From NCBI GenBank assembly GCA_949358305.1, contig OX442314.1, forward strand, positions 18,414,001 through 18,478,000: a stretch of DNA of 64,000 nt, given 5' to 3'. The translations under genes were made by a program, and so were the position numbers. The notes under the pieces were generated by a model. The model was given only the letters and a program-made list of their open reading frames with translations, made no database searches and had not been told where the DNA came from. Below, piece after piece: positions 15,082 through 29,332 of the stretch; the first letter of the stretch is position 1; each line of letters starts with the position of its first letter. Origin of the DNA: Strigamia acuminata (lineage: Eukaryota).

Positions 15082-17572
15082 TCAGTCGATTTTGTGTGCT
15101 GAAATTTAGAAGATAAAACGATTTTTAACACTTTAAAAGTTCTATAAATTATAGTTTCTTGCTCTTACACTGCTTTGGAATCCTAATCATTTCATTGTCG
15201 CCAACGGTAATTTCGTGGAGCAAGTTGTGAAATAAGTATTGGACGTAAAGCGATTTCTCTTCCCCAACGCAGGGGTCGTAGAAACCAGGCAACTGAGCCT
15301 AAAAGGATCGAATGTTTAGTTATGGGCGAGTTCAGCACGTCATAATCATCCTTACTTTTGACGTCTCGTACAGAATTAATTTGGAATCTTTAACGAGACA
15401 CTGCAATGCAATCGACACATCGATCGCTTCAGAATTTTGAAAATCTGGTTTTTGAGTAGAATCTGCCGCGATTTTTCCATAAATTGCCGATACTATGATT
15501 AAACCTTTCTTCATTTCCTCCTGTTCCCGTATCCTAGCAACGGTCTCTTGCATCAACGAAACAGCAGCTTCAGCTTCTTTCTTCTTTTCACCCATACGCA
15601 TTGCATTAGCTTCCTTCTGCTTTTCTTTCTCCCTGAAAAACATCACAATTTATCGTCTTAAAACCTTAGAATAGCTAATTGCTTACTTCTTCTTTTGCTT
15701 CTCTAGGTAAGGAGTAATAATTAACTTCTGCGCTACAAAGTACAACAGTATAGGCGTCACCGTTCCGTACAAAATAGGAGTAGGTAGCAAAGTATCTGAC
15801 AGGAGAATCGGAAAGATGTAATTCTGGTTTCCTCGCATGATTCTAAAATGATGTTTTGTTTTGAGCCAAAATTAAACTTTTAGGGCTTCCAACGGTATTT
15901 GTACTTGATTTTCAAATTTACTCCTGCAGGAGTTCCAACAATCATCGACGCACCGACAACACTATGCCTCGAAATTTTCTTTTCACAACCATACTCGATT
16001 AACACCCCAAATGTTCCCGCTCTTAATTTAAAAAAAAAATTATTAAATTGATTTGTTTAAAGTTAATATTGGAAACTAACTTGATGCTGCCCTTAATTTT
16101 AAACTCTTCTGAAATTTTTCGTGCATAGGATGCCATTAAGAACGTGTTTGGTAGTCCAAACTGCACCGAGAAGGCAAGATGGTGTCCGGAGGTATCCCAC
16201 ACAACCGTCGTGTTCATAGAGGATTGGAGGCCCGCTCGCCATGTCAGATAGCCAGTTACGTGCTTGTCTAATTGATGGCCAACCACTGCAATTAAGAGAC
16301 GAATTAACGTTTCATTCTTAGCTCGGTTTGCGAAAACTTACAAACTTGAAGTCCAGGTCTTAACCCGAGTGGAGTGAATTGAAACGTTCCAGAAACATTT
16401 CCAAAACTGTAAACAACATTATATTGAAAGCGTGTTTTTAACGTTAATTTCTTTATTTAGTGTCATACCAACGCTTGGATAAAGTTCTATAAGCTCTGGC
16501 TGTGCACGTCAGACCGTTTCCAGCGCCGACTTCAAACTGTAGTGGAAAAATAAAGTTTACACGATTTAATTCGTAGGATGCGTGTGAAATTTTAAACCTC
16601 GGCCCAGCTTTTCGTCGACAGAATTCGTCGAACGGAGCAATTTACAACACCATTGCCAGTCCCGTTGTGGGTCTGAACAAGTCCTGAAAGTGAGATGGTG
16701 TCATTAACCGTGAGGGGAGCTTCGATCGATTGGGAAATGTTGATTCCGCTGACTTCCAGAGTTGGCATTGCTCTAGAAATTTAACAGTTTAAGTTATTTG
16801 AAATTAGAAAAACACTTTTTTCATACCTGGTGTCGTATTTGATGGAGTCATCGGCTTCAAATAAATCAGATGCATTTATATTCGTTGTTATTGAACCCTG
16901 GTAATTTAATTGATGAAATTTAAGTTAAGCAAAACTTTTAATTGAGGGTTCTGGTATTACTTTAGGATTAGTTCGTTGCTGCAGCTGCCGCTCTTCTCTT
17001 TCACGAGCCAATCTTTCGTATTCGTCTCGTATTTCTTGCGCTGTTTTGGTTCGTTGGACGATTTCCCAACCTTCCGTTTCCAATCCTTTAGTTCCCAAAT
17101 TATCATAAATGGCTCTCTTGTGTGGATCGTTCAGCACTGAAATTAGAAGTGATGTCAATTAATTAATTAATTAAAAAAAAAACAATAACAATTTTTTATT
17201 AATTAAAATATTACCTTCGTAAGCCTTTTTTGTTTTACTAAATAAATTCTCGGCCTGCTTCTTTTTAATCGGATCCGAATGCTTATCTGGATGGTAGAGA
17301 CGACTTTGACGTCGGTAGGCATTGTTGATTTCATCTCCGGTAGCCTAAGATGAAATTCAAAATATTTTTAAGTCAAAAATTAATATTTTTTTCATTTTCC
17401 TTTATTTATTTTCGTCGAAAATAAAGCCGGGAAAAAAGTCTTAATGTTCGAGCAAATTTTTAAATTTGTCCGGTTATCCCCAAACCTCTCGCCGGACGTT
17501 CAGAAAAGAATAGTAGTCTTCGTCTAATTCCAAAGATTCTTCATCTCCTCCTTCATTATGCACATGTGACAT
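15082..17572 (-). CDS. DNAJC11: DnaJ homolog subfamily C member 11, multi-exon
   Basis: J-domain DYYSFLNV...[58 protein letters not shown]; ends RIPKQSHKID*. Confidence 0.94.
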
Positions 17573-17840
17573 CTTGAGAATGATATACTGGGCCTTTTTT
17601 TTCTAAGATGATCTGATCGTTTACAATGGTCTGTTTTCATTTAATATGAGTGACTAACTCACGTTGGAATAAATTTCCAGCTTTCACTTCTATTTGTGAA
17701 AAGTGCTATTTTGGTGGGAACAACCCATTTAATTTGGTTTGATCTATTTTTTTCCTCTATTACATATGAATTTAGAATAAGCGAGGTGTACCGAATGAGA
17801 TTTCGGTTCTGAATTTGCCACAGTTCGCGGATCACTTCTC

Positions 17841-17848
17841 TGACGTCA
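17841..17848. promoter_or_regulatory. CRE palindrome TGACGTCA in the divergent DNAJC11/CAMTA promoter region
   Basis: Exact 8-bp CRE between the DNAJC11 ATG and the first inferred CAMTA exon. Confidence 0.4.
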
Positions 17849-18182
17849 TCCGTGTACCGCTAGCGCATTCGGTTTAACCGGAATGTGCTGTCGGAAGATA
17901 TCAGGACCACGGGCAACTTATATAATGAAAGAGTGATGCAACTCAATGCACGTGCTTCCTCCTTTATTGTACTCCAATATCGTCATATTTGTTTGCCTAT
18001 AAACAAATTTTATGTATATTTTAATGCCTAAAACTTGTTTAAAATAAAATGTGGAAGGGTATTAAGGCAATATATTTGATTTCAAAATTTTAGAACAAAT
18101 TTAAAACGATTCTTTTTACCTCGCTCTACATGTAAGAAGGCTTTGATTCCGTGAACATGCGTAGTGTTAGGTAACGAAAGTA

Positions 18183-18737
18183 ATGGAAGGCACTGATAAT
18201 CTTCAAAGACCTGTGTTCAATGAAGGTAGGCTGTATTTTCAAATACTGTGATAATATAAGCGTGGAAAACGAAGAAACGTGTTTATAATTTTACAAAAAA
18301 AATATTTATTTGTTCTAATTCATGTTTACATTGAAATATTTTGTCTTTTCATGGTAAAATCCTCGACTATATAAGCATCATAGTTCCGGCAGTGTGTTTT
18401 TATATTATGGATCAAATTTGCAGAAATAAAAAGATCTACGGCAATTAATTATTTACCTTTTAAGTTCAGCGCTCTAGTTTCGACATTTCTCTACACACTA
18501 TTTAATTCACCCAAAATAGCTTGTAGAATTTATTATCATCAGTATTTGAGATTATCTTCTTAATGAATTGCTTTCTTTTGTGACTTTTAATGGTACTTTC
18601 CATTTCAATTGGACATAATAATCCAAACAAATAAAAAAATATTTATTATGTATTTTCAGGCAATTCCAAAGATAAATCCAACAGAACTAAAACTGCCATT
18701 TTAAACGATTCAAATAGCCTGTCTCTGAGCAAAAACA
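18183..18737 (+). CDS. CAMTA: Probable first two coding exons of CAMTA (18183-18225, 18660-18737)
   Basis: ATG exon ends GAAG|gtaggc (phase 1); the 78-nt exon has a ttttcag acceptor and a gtaagt donor; both join exon 43597 in frame. No homology support. Confidence 0.55.
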
Positions 18738-19190
18738 GTAAGTAAAAATTTAATCCAAAACCTTCATTTTAAAGTATTTTGAATATTGTCTACACCTTTC
18801 ATGCTAATAAATTCAGACAAATGTTTCCAAGGGATATGCACAGCACTGGGCCTAGCGCTTACTGATCTGGATTACACAGGATTATCCATAACTCTAGTTT
18901 TGGAAATTAGATGTAATTCTACGTTTAATTTGCAAGTTTTATTAGTTTTATTATTTGCCAGGGTCGGTAGCTAAATACAGATGCCAAAAAGACGAAGGTT
19001 TGCTTATCAGGATAACTTTGTCTGCATCAAGGATTCTTCAAAATGTGATGTACAAACCAACACATGTTACTACTTGCTTCTCATAGCTCGAGCTTGCCAA
19101 CTTAGGAATAAAATAACGTTGCTGCAGACAAGCAGAAAGTATTCGCACATTTTATACTTTTCACCCTCGCTTTCAACACATGCTGAGATT

Positions 19191-19321
19191 CAGGGGCGGA
19201 TTGAGGAGGAATATCGGCTCGGGTATTTTTGTAAAAATCGACCCAGTTATTATAAATTTATAAATTTCAAAAATTTACTACTCATGTCTACCACCGACCC
19301 ATATTTGTTAATCCGCCCCCG
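19191..19321. mobile_element. hAT-like MITE
   Basis: TIR CAGGGGCGGATT / AATCCGCCCCCG; 8-bp TSD CTGAGATT / CTGAGATG. Confidence 0.75.
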
Positions 19322-19391
19322 CTGAGATGTAAACCCTCGGCACTACAAATATTAAAATTAACACATAATTTGGGTTTAAATGTGCAAATTA

Positions 19392-19565
19392 CAGGGGCGG
19401 ATCTTCCTATGAAATTAATGAAAATTAAGCTTCAGGGTCCACATTGCTTAAAATTTTGGGTCTATTCTGCGAGAAGGTATTTAAAAAAATAATAATTATA
19501 GTAATAGTATTTTGTTCAGCAATTTGTGGTTGCGAAAGGGCCCCAAAAATGTAGATCCGCCCCTG
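19392..19565. mobile_element. hAT-like MITE with related TIR
   Basis: TIR CAGGGGCGGATCT / AGATCCGCCCCTG; degenerate 8-bp TSD GCAAATTA / GTAAAGTA. Confidence 0.7.
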
Positions 19566-20749
19566 GTAAAGTATCGAGGGCTAAATTCGCATTTAGGAGT
19601 TAGAAAGTTAGAAACTGGCATGTAAAGAAACAAAACAACATGAATATTGAATAGTTAAAGCGAGAAACATGAAAGCTGAACACGTTTACAGCACATTGGT
19701 GTTGTTTCTATTTTAGATTGCTGCGATTAACAGTTGCATGATTGTGATGTGATAAAATTGAACAACTGTGCTGAAAATTGCTTTTATTCTCAAACCTGGT
19801 TGCTATTAAATTATATAATTATTAAAACACATTTCGAGGGTATTTCGTGACACACTAGAGCTCTAAAAGCGGTAATCATATAGACATGTAATCATGCAAA
19901 TGTTATGGAATTGAGTCCGGACAAAAATACTGAATATTACTTGTGAATTTTGTTATCGAGCACACTGCTTAACGAAAACATTTTTAACTTTGTGTAGACG
20001 AAGATGTTTGGCACTTACAGTTTGTCAACAAAGCCGGCTATAAACTAGCCCATAAAACATTATAAAATTGAAAAAAACGGCGAGCTGAAAGCAATTTCTT
20101 CGGAAATTAATTTTACTTTGCCGCCAGTGAATGTACAATAAATATTCCAGTTACTGGATATACATTATCTAATAGTCGGATCCTACGAGATGTATCTAAT
20201 GAATACGACATTGCTTTGTTGACCTAGAAATCGCACCAATTTGTATACGCATTCACAGTAAGTGAAATAGTCAACTAATTACATCGTTGCCAAAACAAAT
20301 TGTCAATGGGTAACCATGCAAATGTAAATGGTGCTTGTATTAGCTGTGAACTACTGAATAAATAATTCCAAAAATATTGATTTTTTTTTTAAAAAAAGTA
20401 TTACTTTATCTAATGAATTTTGGTTTGTTTTCATTTTGGTTTATTTATGCTTAATTGGAAAATACATAACATTTTCACTGTGTTGACAATTGGCATTGGT
20501 TTTCATTGGAAGGATTTTGTTTTTGTTTCTACCTTTTGTTTTTGCATTTGGTTTCCTTTATTTTAGACAATATGAATATTTAAATTGGTTTTTAAATCGC
20601 TTATTAATATGGTAGTTTATGTGTTTTTCCACATGGAATCCATTTCTTGTTTTCTTTGCTTGTTCAGTTATAGATCAACCCGAAGTGAATGGTAGAGTCC
20701 AGAAGTTCGATTTTCTGTGAAGCGCACGGAGTCGGTGCTGCGCGAGTAG

Positions 20750-21113
20750 ATCAGTAGAAGAGAGAGGAGGCGGCAACAACAATGCAGTGAAGCACATTTA
20801 CACATGTGCAACTATACAAGGAGGAGGATAAAGTGAGACAGAATGAACACAGAGTGAAGTAGCATCCTGAAAAAGACACACCATGCTCCGACTATTGAGT
20901 AACAGTTTTTGGATCCCACTTGCTAAAAAGGCCCACGGATTTCGTGTTATTACAACTCGGGTTTCGTTTCATTTCTCCTGTCGTTGAAAAAGAATTTTTT
21001 TTTATTGTTTTTTTTTTAAATGCAACATCGGTCGAATCGGAAGTGTTCGTAGAAATTATTATCCTTTTTTTCACGTTTTTGCATGGTCTAACATCCGACT
21101 GTAACTATGAACA
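20750..21113 (+). other. Candidate alternative first exon of CAMTA (ATG AAC A at 21107-21113)
   Basis: Strong donor ACA|gtaagt; phase 1, compatible with exon 43597; Inr-like TCAGT near 20751. Start coordinate is approximate. Confidence 0.4.
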
Positions 21114-24100
21114 GTAAGTATCTGTTGTTGTTTTTTTCCATTTTCTATTTTCAACTGTTTTTAGAGGAAAATCGATAATTTGCTTTATTTTTTATCTTTT
21201 AAAATTTTTTTTTTTTATGGAAAAAAATATGATAATATGAAAAGTAACTTTTGCCAATTTTGTATCGATTTTGCTTTAAATGGGATGGGTTTTTTTTGGA
21301 TTTTTTAAAAAATTTTTATTTTTAAAATGTGAGTTTTGTCGCCGTGGTTCAACCGATGTTAAAATTAGATTTGCATTTGATTGGCCTTTGAAGGGTGGAA
21401 AAAAATCGAAGGCATTTTATTTTTAATGTCACACGGTGTTTTGAGTGTTAGTTTTTAAATTTTCAACTTGTTTGGTAAATGTTTGCAGAGAAAAGAAGGC
21501 AGTGTTTGATGGGAGATATATTGGGTGTGTGGCATGGTTATTTTTAGATTGCCAATTGGATGAACATGTAGCATGTTGATTAATTTGGATGTGCATTATC
21601 CAAACTTCTAAAAAATTAACTCACGCCTGTGAGACCATAATGAAAAGCTTGAATCGTTTCCCTCAAGAATTTAATCACAACCACTGATTAGGAATTTATC
21701 AACTTCCTTAAAGAGATTCAAAGGCCTAAAAAGCTAATTCATATTTTTTTTCCTGCAAAATGTGGCTAATAAGATTTGAAATGATAATTGTAAAAAGAAA
21801 TTATTTTTATTTTTTGCATTGGCGTGCCAGGTGTTTCAGCGTTCAGTTCAATGATTGTTTTTTTTTTTTTTTTTTGGGGTGGGGGGGGACCAATTTGAAA
21901 TCAGGGCTGCAAAGTTAAAATTTTTGAAATACTTGACAGGTGAGAGTGCTGAGCTTTAATATGGAGCGCTATTTGCTTCGAGTAGAACGGTGGGGGGTGT
22001 TTTTCGCATTATTTGCCCAATTTCTGCCGCTTCTCCTTCAGACCTTAGGCAAAGGGAATGTGCGAGAGAGCATCTGCTGTAGAAATTGGCACATCGTTTA
22101 GACGTAAAGAAGTCATGAATTTATAATAGATGCTGTTTATGTATTTTCTCTAGGGAATTCAAGTGGTTTCACAAGCAGCGAGAAAAAAAATGGATTAAAA
22201 CAGACGTATTCTTGTTTCCTGCAGAAAATATAAACATTTGCATGAAATTTTAATACACTACATTCCGCCATCCATGGATTATTGCGGTTTCTAGATAGAT
22301 TCTCTTTCTCTTTCATCCGAGTTTAATCGCACGAATAATTCATGGTGTGGAATTTTAAATCACGAAAATAGTTGCTTTGGAAATGGAATTAAAATCGAAA
22401 AATGGTTTCTACACATTTTTGTGTTTCCCGAGCCAAAATTTAGAATGTAAAGTCGGAAATGCAACATTAATTTTTTTTTTTAAAGAAATAAAAAAGAGGA
22501 AAGATTGGCAATAGTAATAGACGTAGAAATGAGACTTCACGTACAGTTGATGATGAAAAGTACCATTGGGTTCGCGAAACATGTCGTTAATAAATCAAAA
22601 GGAGCAGTCATGGTATAAATGAAATGTTTGGAGGAACGGGAGGTCATTTTTATGTTTACGACGATTAATCTTGACTTTTGTGATGTTATTATTAGAAAGA
22701 ATTGAATTGAAATCGAAGCTTCGTATTGGTAAATTGGGAACGATATTTGAGACTGGATTTGGAAGAGTAATATAAAGCAAGGGGGGAAGGGAACGAGATC
22801 GAAACAACATAATCTGCAATTGGATGGGATTTCCTGCGAATAAAATGCCATTTAAGTTCTCAGCTGTTGGATATTCCAATGACGGTTTAACCTTTGGGAC
22901 TTTACGACATGCAATTCATCCAGCGTGAGTTTATTTTTTCCTATTAACGTATTTCCTGGGATTTATAATTTTATGTTGAATTGCATGTAAAGTTAGGTGT
23001 AATTCTGAGTAACTATTACGGTAAATTTTGCAGTGGAATAAATAATATCGAGTAATGGAAGGATGTAACAAAAAAAATTCTAAGGATTTAGTTTGTGGCC
23101 GTAAAAAAATGCGGTAAACACATTTGTTTACATAAAATAGTTCACACGTTGTTTTGCTATTTTTATTTTGGTTTTTTTCCTGGTTTGTGATTGGCTGTTT
23201 ACTACTTTCTACCTGCTGCTTTTGTGAAGTGATGTGAACACACTTGCTCGCTTTTACCATGTGGGCACAATGGGAAAGGCAGAGGGCCCCTGATGGCCGG
23301 ATTACTATCGACGAGTAATTTTTCTTTTCTTAGAAAAACTTAGCCACGTAATAAATTCGTGGTAAAACGTGTTTACTAAAAAATGTCGTACTTCTCTAAA
23401 ATTTCGCACAGGATGTGTTAAATTTGTGCAATACAAGTGAGCATAAACATATATAAACAAAATAAACAGTTCAGATGGATTTACAATTTACGAAAAACTT
23501 AGAAAATCTTGAGAAACAAAAGTTGGGTCAATCACGACTTTAAAAATTTGTAGTCCGATACTGCTGCTGCATCGCTGGTTTGATGTAAGAAGGTCGTGGT
23601 TTTACTACCGATGCTAATGCTCATAACCTTGCACAAAACTCGATCGGCGATTTGCTTTGATCGTGCATTCGTGCTTCGAAGGAGAGAAAATGGCGTCGTC
23701 ACCCGCCTCTATTGATACCAAATCCGCTTCGCTTTGTCGTGGCAACCAAGAGAGATAAAGCATGATTATATAGGAAACTTATATATAAAAAAAATGTAAG
23801 ATGGGATTTAATTTAGCATAATTTTAGAAATATTGTCTGGAAACAAAAGTATTGCTGGAATTTATTGAAAAATGTTTAGTCACACACAATAAAACGATAA
23901 AAATAATAGAAAATACACGTAAATTAAACGATGCGAAGAGTTGTTAAATGTTATCTCTTAATAAAACACTAGTGTCGGGAGGGAGTAGGTGATAAAAAGT
24001 TGTTGACAACATGAATAGGTCTTAAAATAATTCTATTTTTATCGTTGTTCATTAATGCTCGCTCGATAACTTACTCCTCTTAAGTCTTCCGAGATGAATG

Positions 24101-27100
24101 AGCAGTTGCTATTGGTAACTGTCTTAAAATAACTGTTCATGGTCAGTGTGCCTTCAACTAAAATACATTTCATTTTGTCGTAATTTTGATTACTTTTTTG
24201 GTTTAATAAGAAAATAATTAATTAAATGATAAAGTTTTGAGATAACATTACTGTCAACTGCTGATCCAGACGAGATATGATGAAAATGCTTAATTAATTT
24301 TAAAGGAGATAGAACAAACAATTTTAGAAGAGATTAAGTTTTCTTTTTTAAATTTTTTTTTTTTTGTGCTTGTTTAAATTATGAAACCGAAAAAATTTCG
24401 TTCAGTAGTGGAGAAATTGCAAATTGTTTTGTCTTGAAGTGTAGTTGTAAGTTCCTGTTTGAACAGCTGCGTGTGCAATAAGGGAGAAAGAAAAAAAAGT
24501 TAGTAGTTAAAAAAAAAAAAAAAAAAAAATTCTTTCTATTGTAGGAAATTCCACATCAAAAATAGCTCCCTTTTGGAAAAGAAAAGAAAAGAGCACGCAC
24601 TGAATAGTAAATAGATTGAATAAATTTGAGTAGAGTAAAGGCACAAGGGACAATGATGCTGCTGCCAGAATCACACATTTTGGAAAGTGGAAAAATGGGA
24701 AAAGGTTCTGAAATTTGGCAAAAATAGTTAGCAAAATGAGCACCTGAGCTACAATTATTTATTGAAGGGTTGTGGAAGGGGGAAAAAATCAATATACGGC
24801 CGACAGATTCCATGTAATCCATGTAATTTGAATAAGGTGAGTTTGGCATGACGAGAAGGGGAAAAACGTATACGTTAAGACGAAACGAAATGATCGATTA
24901 ATGGACTATTGTCATGCAGCAGTTTTACGAGGTTTTTTTTCCTTCGTTTTTCCTTCTTTTTTGGCTCTCTAGAGTCCCGTTTTTGTGCAATTTCAACAGG
25001 CGTAGGGGTCAAATAAAGTGAAACCTCTTAGCAAATGGTTCATTGCTCTTAGAAATAGAATTTTTAATGGAAAGTTCTTTAACTTAAATTTTAATAGAAC
25101 GAATTAGATGTATTCTATCTAGGGAAAGTCAAAGTATAGAGTAAAGAGAGAAAGGCTTGAAATTATTAATGTCGTGACAATCATCATGCCCACCAGAAAA
25201 AAGATAAAGAATTCGCTTTGAAGGCGAGGATTGAAAGCACCTATTGTTTTTTTGGTCGTGAAGATGGTTTATTTTGATGAAATCAAGTGCAACAACATTT
25301 GACAGAAGCAAATGATATATTTAGATTTGATTTTTTCCCCCTTCTCTTGTTTTATTTTTCGACTTCTCTTCTTTACATCCAATAAAATCCACAAAGTGTT
25401 TCAAAGGCTGAATCCCAAGACACCCAGAAATGCTCTTGCAAGATTTTGGTAAACATCCAGAGCAGTGTCGTGGGAAATGACAAGATTAGAGGTGTACTGT
25501 TCTGTACTTGTATCGATTTCGTATTTCCCACGGTGTTTACGCGGATGTTTTCAATTCGGTTGTGGTCTTTGGCTAAAAAAGATTCATTCTGATAAAAATA
25601 TCGTTTATTATGGTCAGCACGATTTTAGGAATGGAATTTTGACAAAAGCGTTGTTTAAACTTGTGAAATCGAGAACGGAGGCGACGAACTACTGATAAAA
25701 GTACAGGCGAGGAAATTAAAACTTCCTGCCTATTAGTGATGGATAAAGTGAGCAAATTGCGAACTTGAGGAGAAGGGAAAGGCTCGGGATATTTGATTAT
25801 CAAACTTTAGTGAAAAATTGATTCTTCTTCTTCTTTTATTTTTTATTTTTAGAAGTAGACTTCACATTTGCATGGGGAATGAAACTAGATAGTTGAATAG
25901 CTTTAGAACTTTCACATGTGTTTTATAAAAAAAAAAAAAAGAAATAGAAAAAAAATGAGGATTCCATTCTGCATTAGGTACATTCAAGTAGAAGTACATT
26001 CTACTTTTCATGGAGATAGAAAAGGGTCGTTTCATTGAATGCATAACGTGTGTTCTAACACTGGAGTGAAACTGCCCGTAGAAAATAGTACACGGTTTAC
26101 TTTTACTTATTGCCGCTGGGATATGCGTGTTCGCGCGTATATAGTGGTTGGAATGAATTATAAATTGAATGTGCATATATACTGTGCGGCTGCAGTGAAA
26201 AGGAGCTTTTACGGAATTTGAAATCCCTTTGATGCACATGCGTAAAGTGCAATTTTGTCTTAAGTTAAATCTATAGGGAAGAGAAGAGACCCTTGGCAAA
26301 TATAAACTTTTCAAAAATATATTGAACAAAAATATTACTTATATATAAATTTCATTAGGTGCATTCAATCTATGAAAAGTTGAAGTGCATTCTTCTTAGC
26401 TTAAAGACAGAAAAAGATAGAAAAGTATCTTTTTATGAATGCATATTTGAAATGCCTTGATGTGCATGCGTTGAGTGCACGGCGCAATTCTCCTGTAAGA
26501 TAAATCTATGCGTGAATAGCTGTTCATATATGACATCGCACTGATCTGGTAGAAGGAAGGAGCAATTACTACGTAGTAAAAAAAATGGGCAAATAAATTG
26601 GAGTGGTTTTATAACTTGTTTATTTTTATACTTAAAAGGATTGAAGCCAAATAAACAAAGTTTGTGTGCTTCAACAATTTTTTAATCTTGCATCAGCCAT
26701 GGTTTGTGCAGGTTTCTTGATTGGCAGTTCACAATTAAATGCGCTTTTTGGTGATTTTTTTTTTTTTAAAGTGGTACTGAAGTATTTTTTCTTCCAGTCG
26801 AGTTTGTGACACGCACCTAATGCCATTTGATTGGCAGTTGACAATAAATTCCACTTTTTGAGGGTTTTTGAGTCACTTTTCGTAAAGCCAGGGATTGTGA
26901 ATAAACATGGTGGAATTTAATGAATTAATTCGTTTTTTGTGTTTGTGTTCTTTGAATTATTAAATGGTTATAAAAGACTGTCATGCGTATAGATATAGCG
27001 TTTGTTTAATCACATTTTGTTGTGCTGCCAAGTGATTGATTGAATTCCATATAAAAAATTTAATAACATCGAAGAACCAACATTCATTGGTGTTTTTTTT

Positions 27101-27233
27101 ATTTTTATTTTTATTATTTATTTTTAATATGAGGACATTTATTGGTTTTGTTCTGTACATCACTGCTAATATCGGGTGGTATTTGATAACATTTTGGCGG
27201 ATTCTGATAAATATAATAATATTTTGTCCTATA

Positions 27234-27391
27234 TAGTCGAAACTCTTTATAACGAATTATTGATATAACGAATACCTAAAAATGGCTGGTTTGGTTGGCT
27301 GGCCATAGCACACGATGTTAAAAAATTTCAATTTAACGAATTCTCGTTATAACGAATCGATTTTTCGGGTTCCTTGCGAGAGTTTCGACTG
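27234..27391. mobile_element. Tigger/pogo-like MITE
   Basis: TIR (T)AGTCGAAACTC / GAGTTTCGACTG; TA on both sides; internal TAACGAA repeats. Confidence 0.75.
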
Positions 27392-27832
27392 TATGTTATA
27401 TTCTATTCATAGGCTATAATCTGTTCATTTATTTTTCATTCCAAATGGAATGATTTGTCATTGCGAAAACAGATTATCTAAATTGACAAGGAAATTGTTT
27501 TAGGGTATTTGCAGTTTTGCACGAGGACTAAGAATTACGTAATAGCTTTGCTGAATGACATTTATTATTCAATGATTTATTTAAGCAATGATTTAAAAAA
27601 AATACGGTAATCATATTTTCAATCTAAATCAGAATTTGAAAAAAAAAATTTGAAACCTTAATTTTAGATGATAAAAAAGTCGGTAACGAGCATTTACTTT
27701 TTTATTTCGTTATTTTTTTTGTCGTTGGTTAGGTCTTTCATCATAATCTGTTTTTTTTTACACTTCTCTGAACTAAATCTTGAGGCTTTTCCCCTTTCAG
27801 CTTAAAAATTACATCAAGTACTGATTGAATTA

Positions 27833-28083
27833 CTGTATTTTATCGATTAAGAGCCGCGGCTCTTATTCAAAACTACCATTTTTGTCAGCAATTACAATTT
27901 CGGTTTTTCGTTTGTTATATTTGTTTAATGTAACAAACGAAGTCTGAAGGTCACGAACGAAGCTTATGTCATCGTTCGTGAGGTTAAATACGGAAACAAT
28001 ACCGTACTTTTGCAAAAATACGTATTCTTGGTGTCTCAGCCGCGGCTACTATTCGATGGCGACTCTTAATCGGTAAAATACGG
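27833..28083. mobile_element. Tc2/pogo-like MITE
   Basis: 25-bp TIR CTGTATTTTATCGATTAAGAGCCGC / GCGACTCTTAATCGGTAAAATACGG; TA TSD. Confidence 0.8.
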
Positions 28084-28700
28084 TATTTTATTTTTAATTA
28101 ACGATTTCTACCAGTCAAGTGCTTCTTTCACTATGTTGACTGAAAGAAGAAAGAAGACATGGGAGATGTTTAAATTAAATAAATAATTATTTTGATTTAA
28201 TTTAGAAATAATATTATTAATTTAGAATTTTAATCATTTATATTTTGATGTTATTGTTATTAGTTTAAATAAATTCATCCAACCTAGTTTAAGTATAGAT
28301 GAAATTGATCAGAAGTTTTTTCGTCAAATGTATATGGAAATCGAGTGCCGTCTTTGGTCGCTTGAAATGAGTTCGATTGACTGAGCCGACTTTGAATCCA
28401 CATTCAAATAATGCAATCATAGTTGTGATCCAAATAAAATTTTATTTTCTCACCACACTCGTTTGAATATTTATTGTGTTTAGTAAAATCTAATTACTGT
28501 ACTCGTGGGAACAGTTCACTACAGTACATTATATTAGTTTATTGCGAGGTAAAAACCTATTAAATGAAAGTTATTTCTGTCCTAATGTTATCTTGTAAAT
28601 AAATGGGATCTTATCAACGTTTAAAGTAGAAACAATACATTACAGTTGCTAACAGGATTTTAATACCGATAGTTAACTAGTATTATTAACTATTTAATTA

Positions 28701-28768
28701 GATTCGAACATCAAAGTTAAGCGGCATTGGTGTGATCAGTACGTGGGATGGGTGTACTATTGGGAATA
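28701..28768 (+). pseudogene. Degenerate 5S rRNA-derived fragment (5S pseudogene or SINE3 head)
   Basis: AAGTTAAGC...AGTAC.TGG(G)ATGGGTG...TTGGGAATA is colinear with the box A / IE / box C region of animal 5S rRNA. Confidence 0.55.
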
Positions 28769-28793
28769 AGATTTAAAGTAGTGTTCTTGTTTC

Positions 28794-29332
28794 CAGAGCT
28801 GGCTCAGCCTAAAGATGCTATTTTTGCGGAAAATAAAACTCCTCCAAAATGTTTTCTTAGTTGTGGATAATGCAAATGGAGCATTTTTAAAGCATAATTT
28901 TTGCAATTGGAGGTACTTTTAAGTCTGCAATTGCCGCAATCCGATTGCTATACCGCAAATTTTGCGGATAATCCGCTATTGGCCGATTTTGGGGGGTTTC
29001 TTACGAAAATCACGTAATAATTTCGTTTAAAAACTTCAAAATTCATTTAAAAACTTGAAATTTTGGTCAAAAACTTCCCGGATGAGCCCGCAATAGGTCC
29101 GCAATAAGTCCGCAAAATGCCGTTTTTTAATGCTGCTTTCCACCCGCAATTTCACTGTTTTAAGTCCGCAAAAATAGCATCTTTAGCTCAGACGTCGTTT
29201 TCTTCGGGCCCCAGACCAAGTCGCCACTTTCAAATGTCTACGAAAATTTTATAAATTCTTTTTTGCAAATATTTTGGGGGGCCCACTAATAACTTTTTCC
29301 TCGAGACCCAGCAAAACATCCAATCGGCTCTG
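28794..29332. mobile_element. Outer hAT-like MITE containing a nested element
   Basis: Ends CAGAGCTGGCT / ATCGGCTCTG; 8-bp TSD CTTGTTTC / CCTGTTTC. Confidence 0.7.
28810..29185. mobile_element. Inner hAT-like MITE
   Basis: Perfect 21-bp TIR TAAAGATGCTATTTTTGCGGA; 8-bp TSD GCTCAGCC / GCTCAGAC; subterminal CCGCA repeats. Confidence 0.85.
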
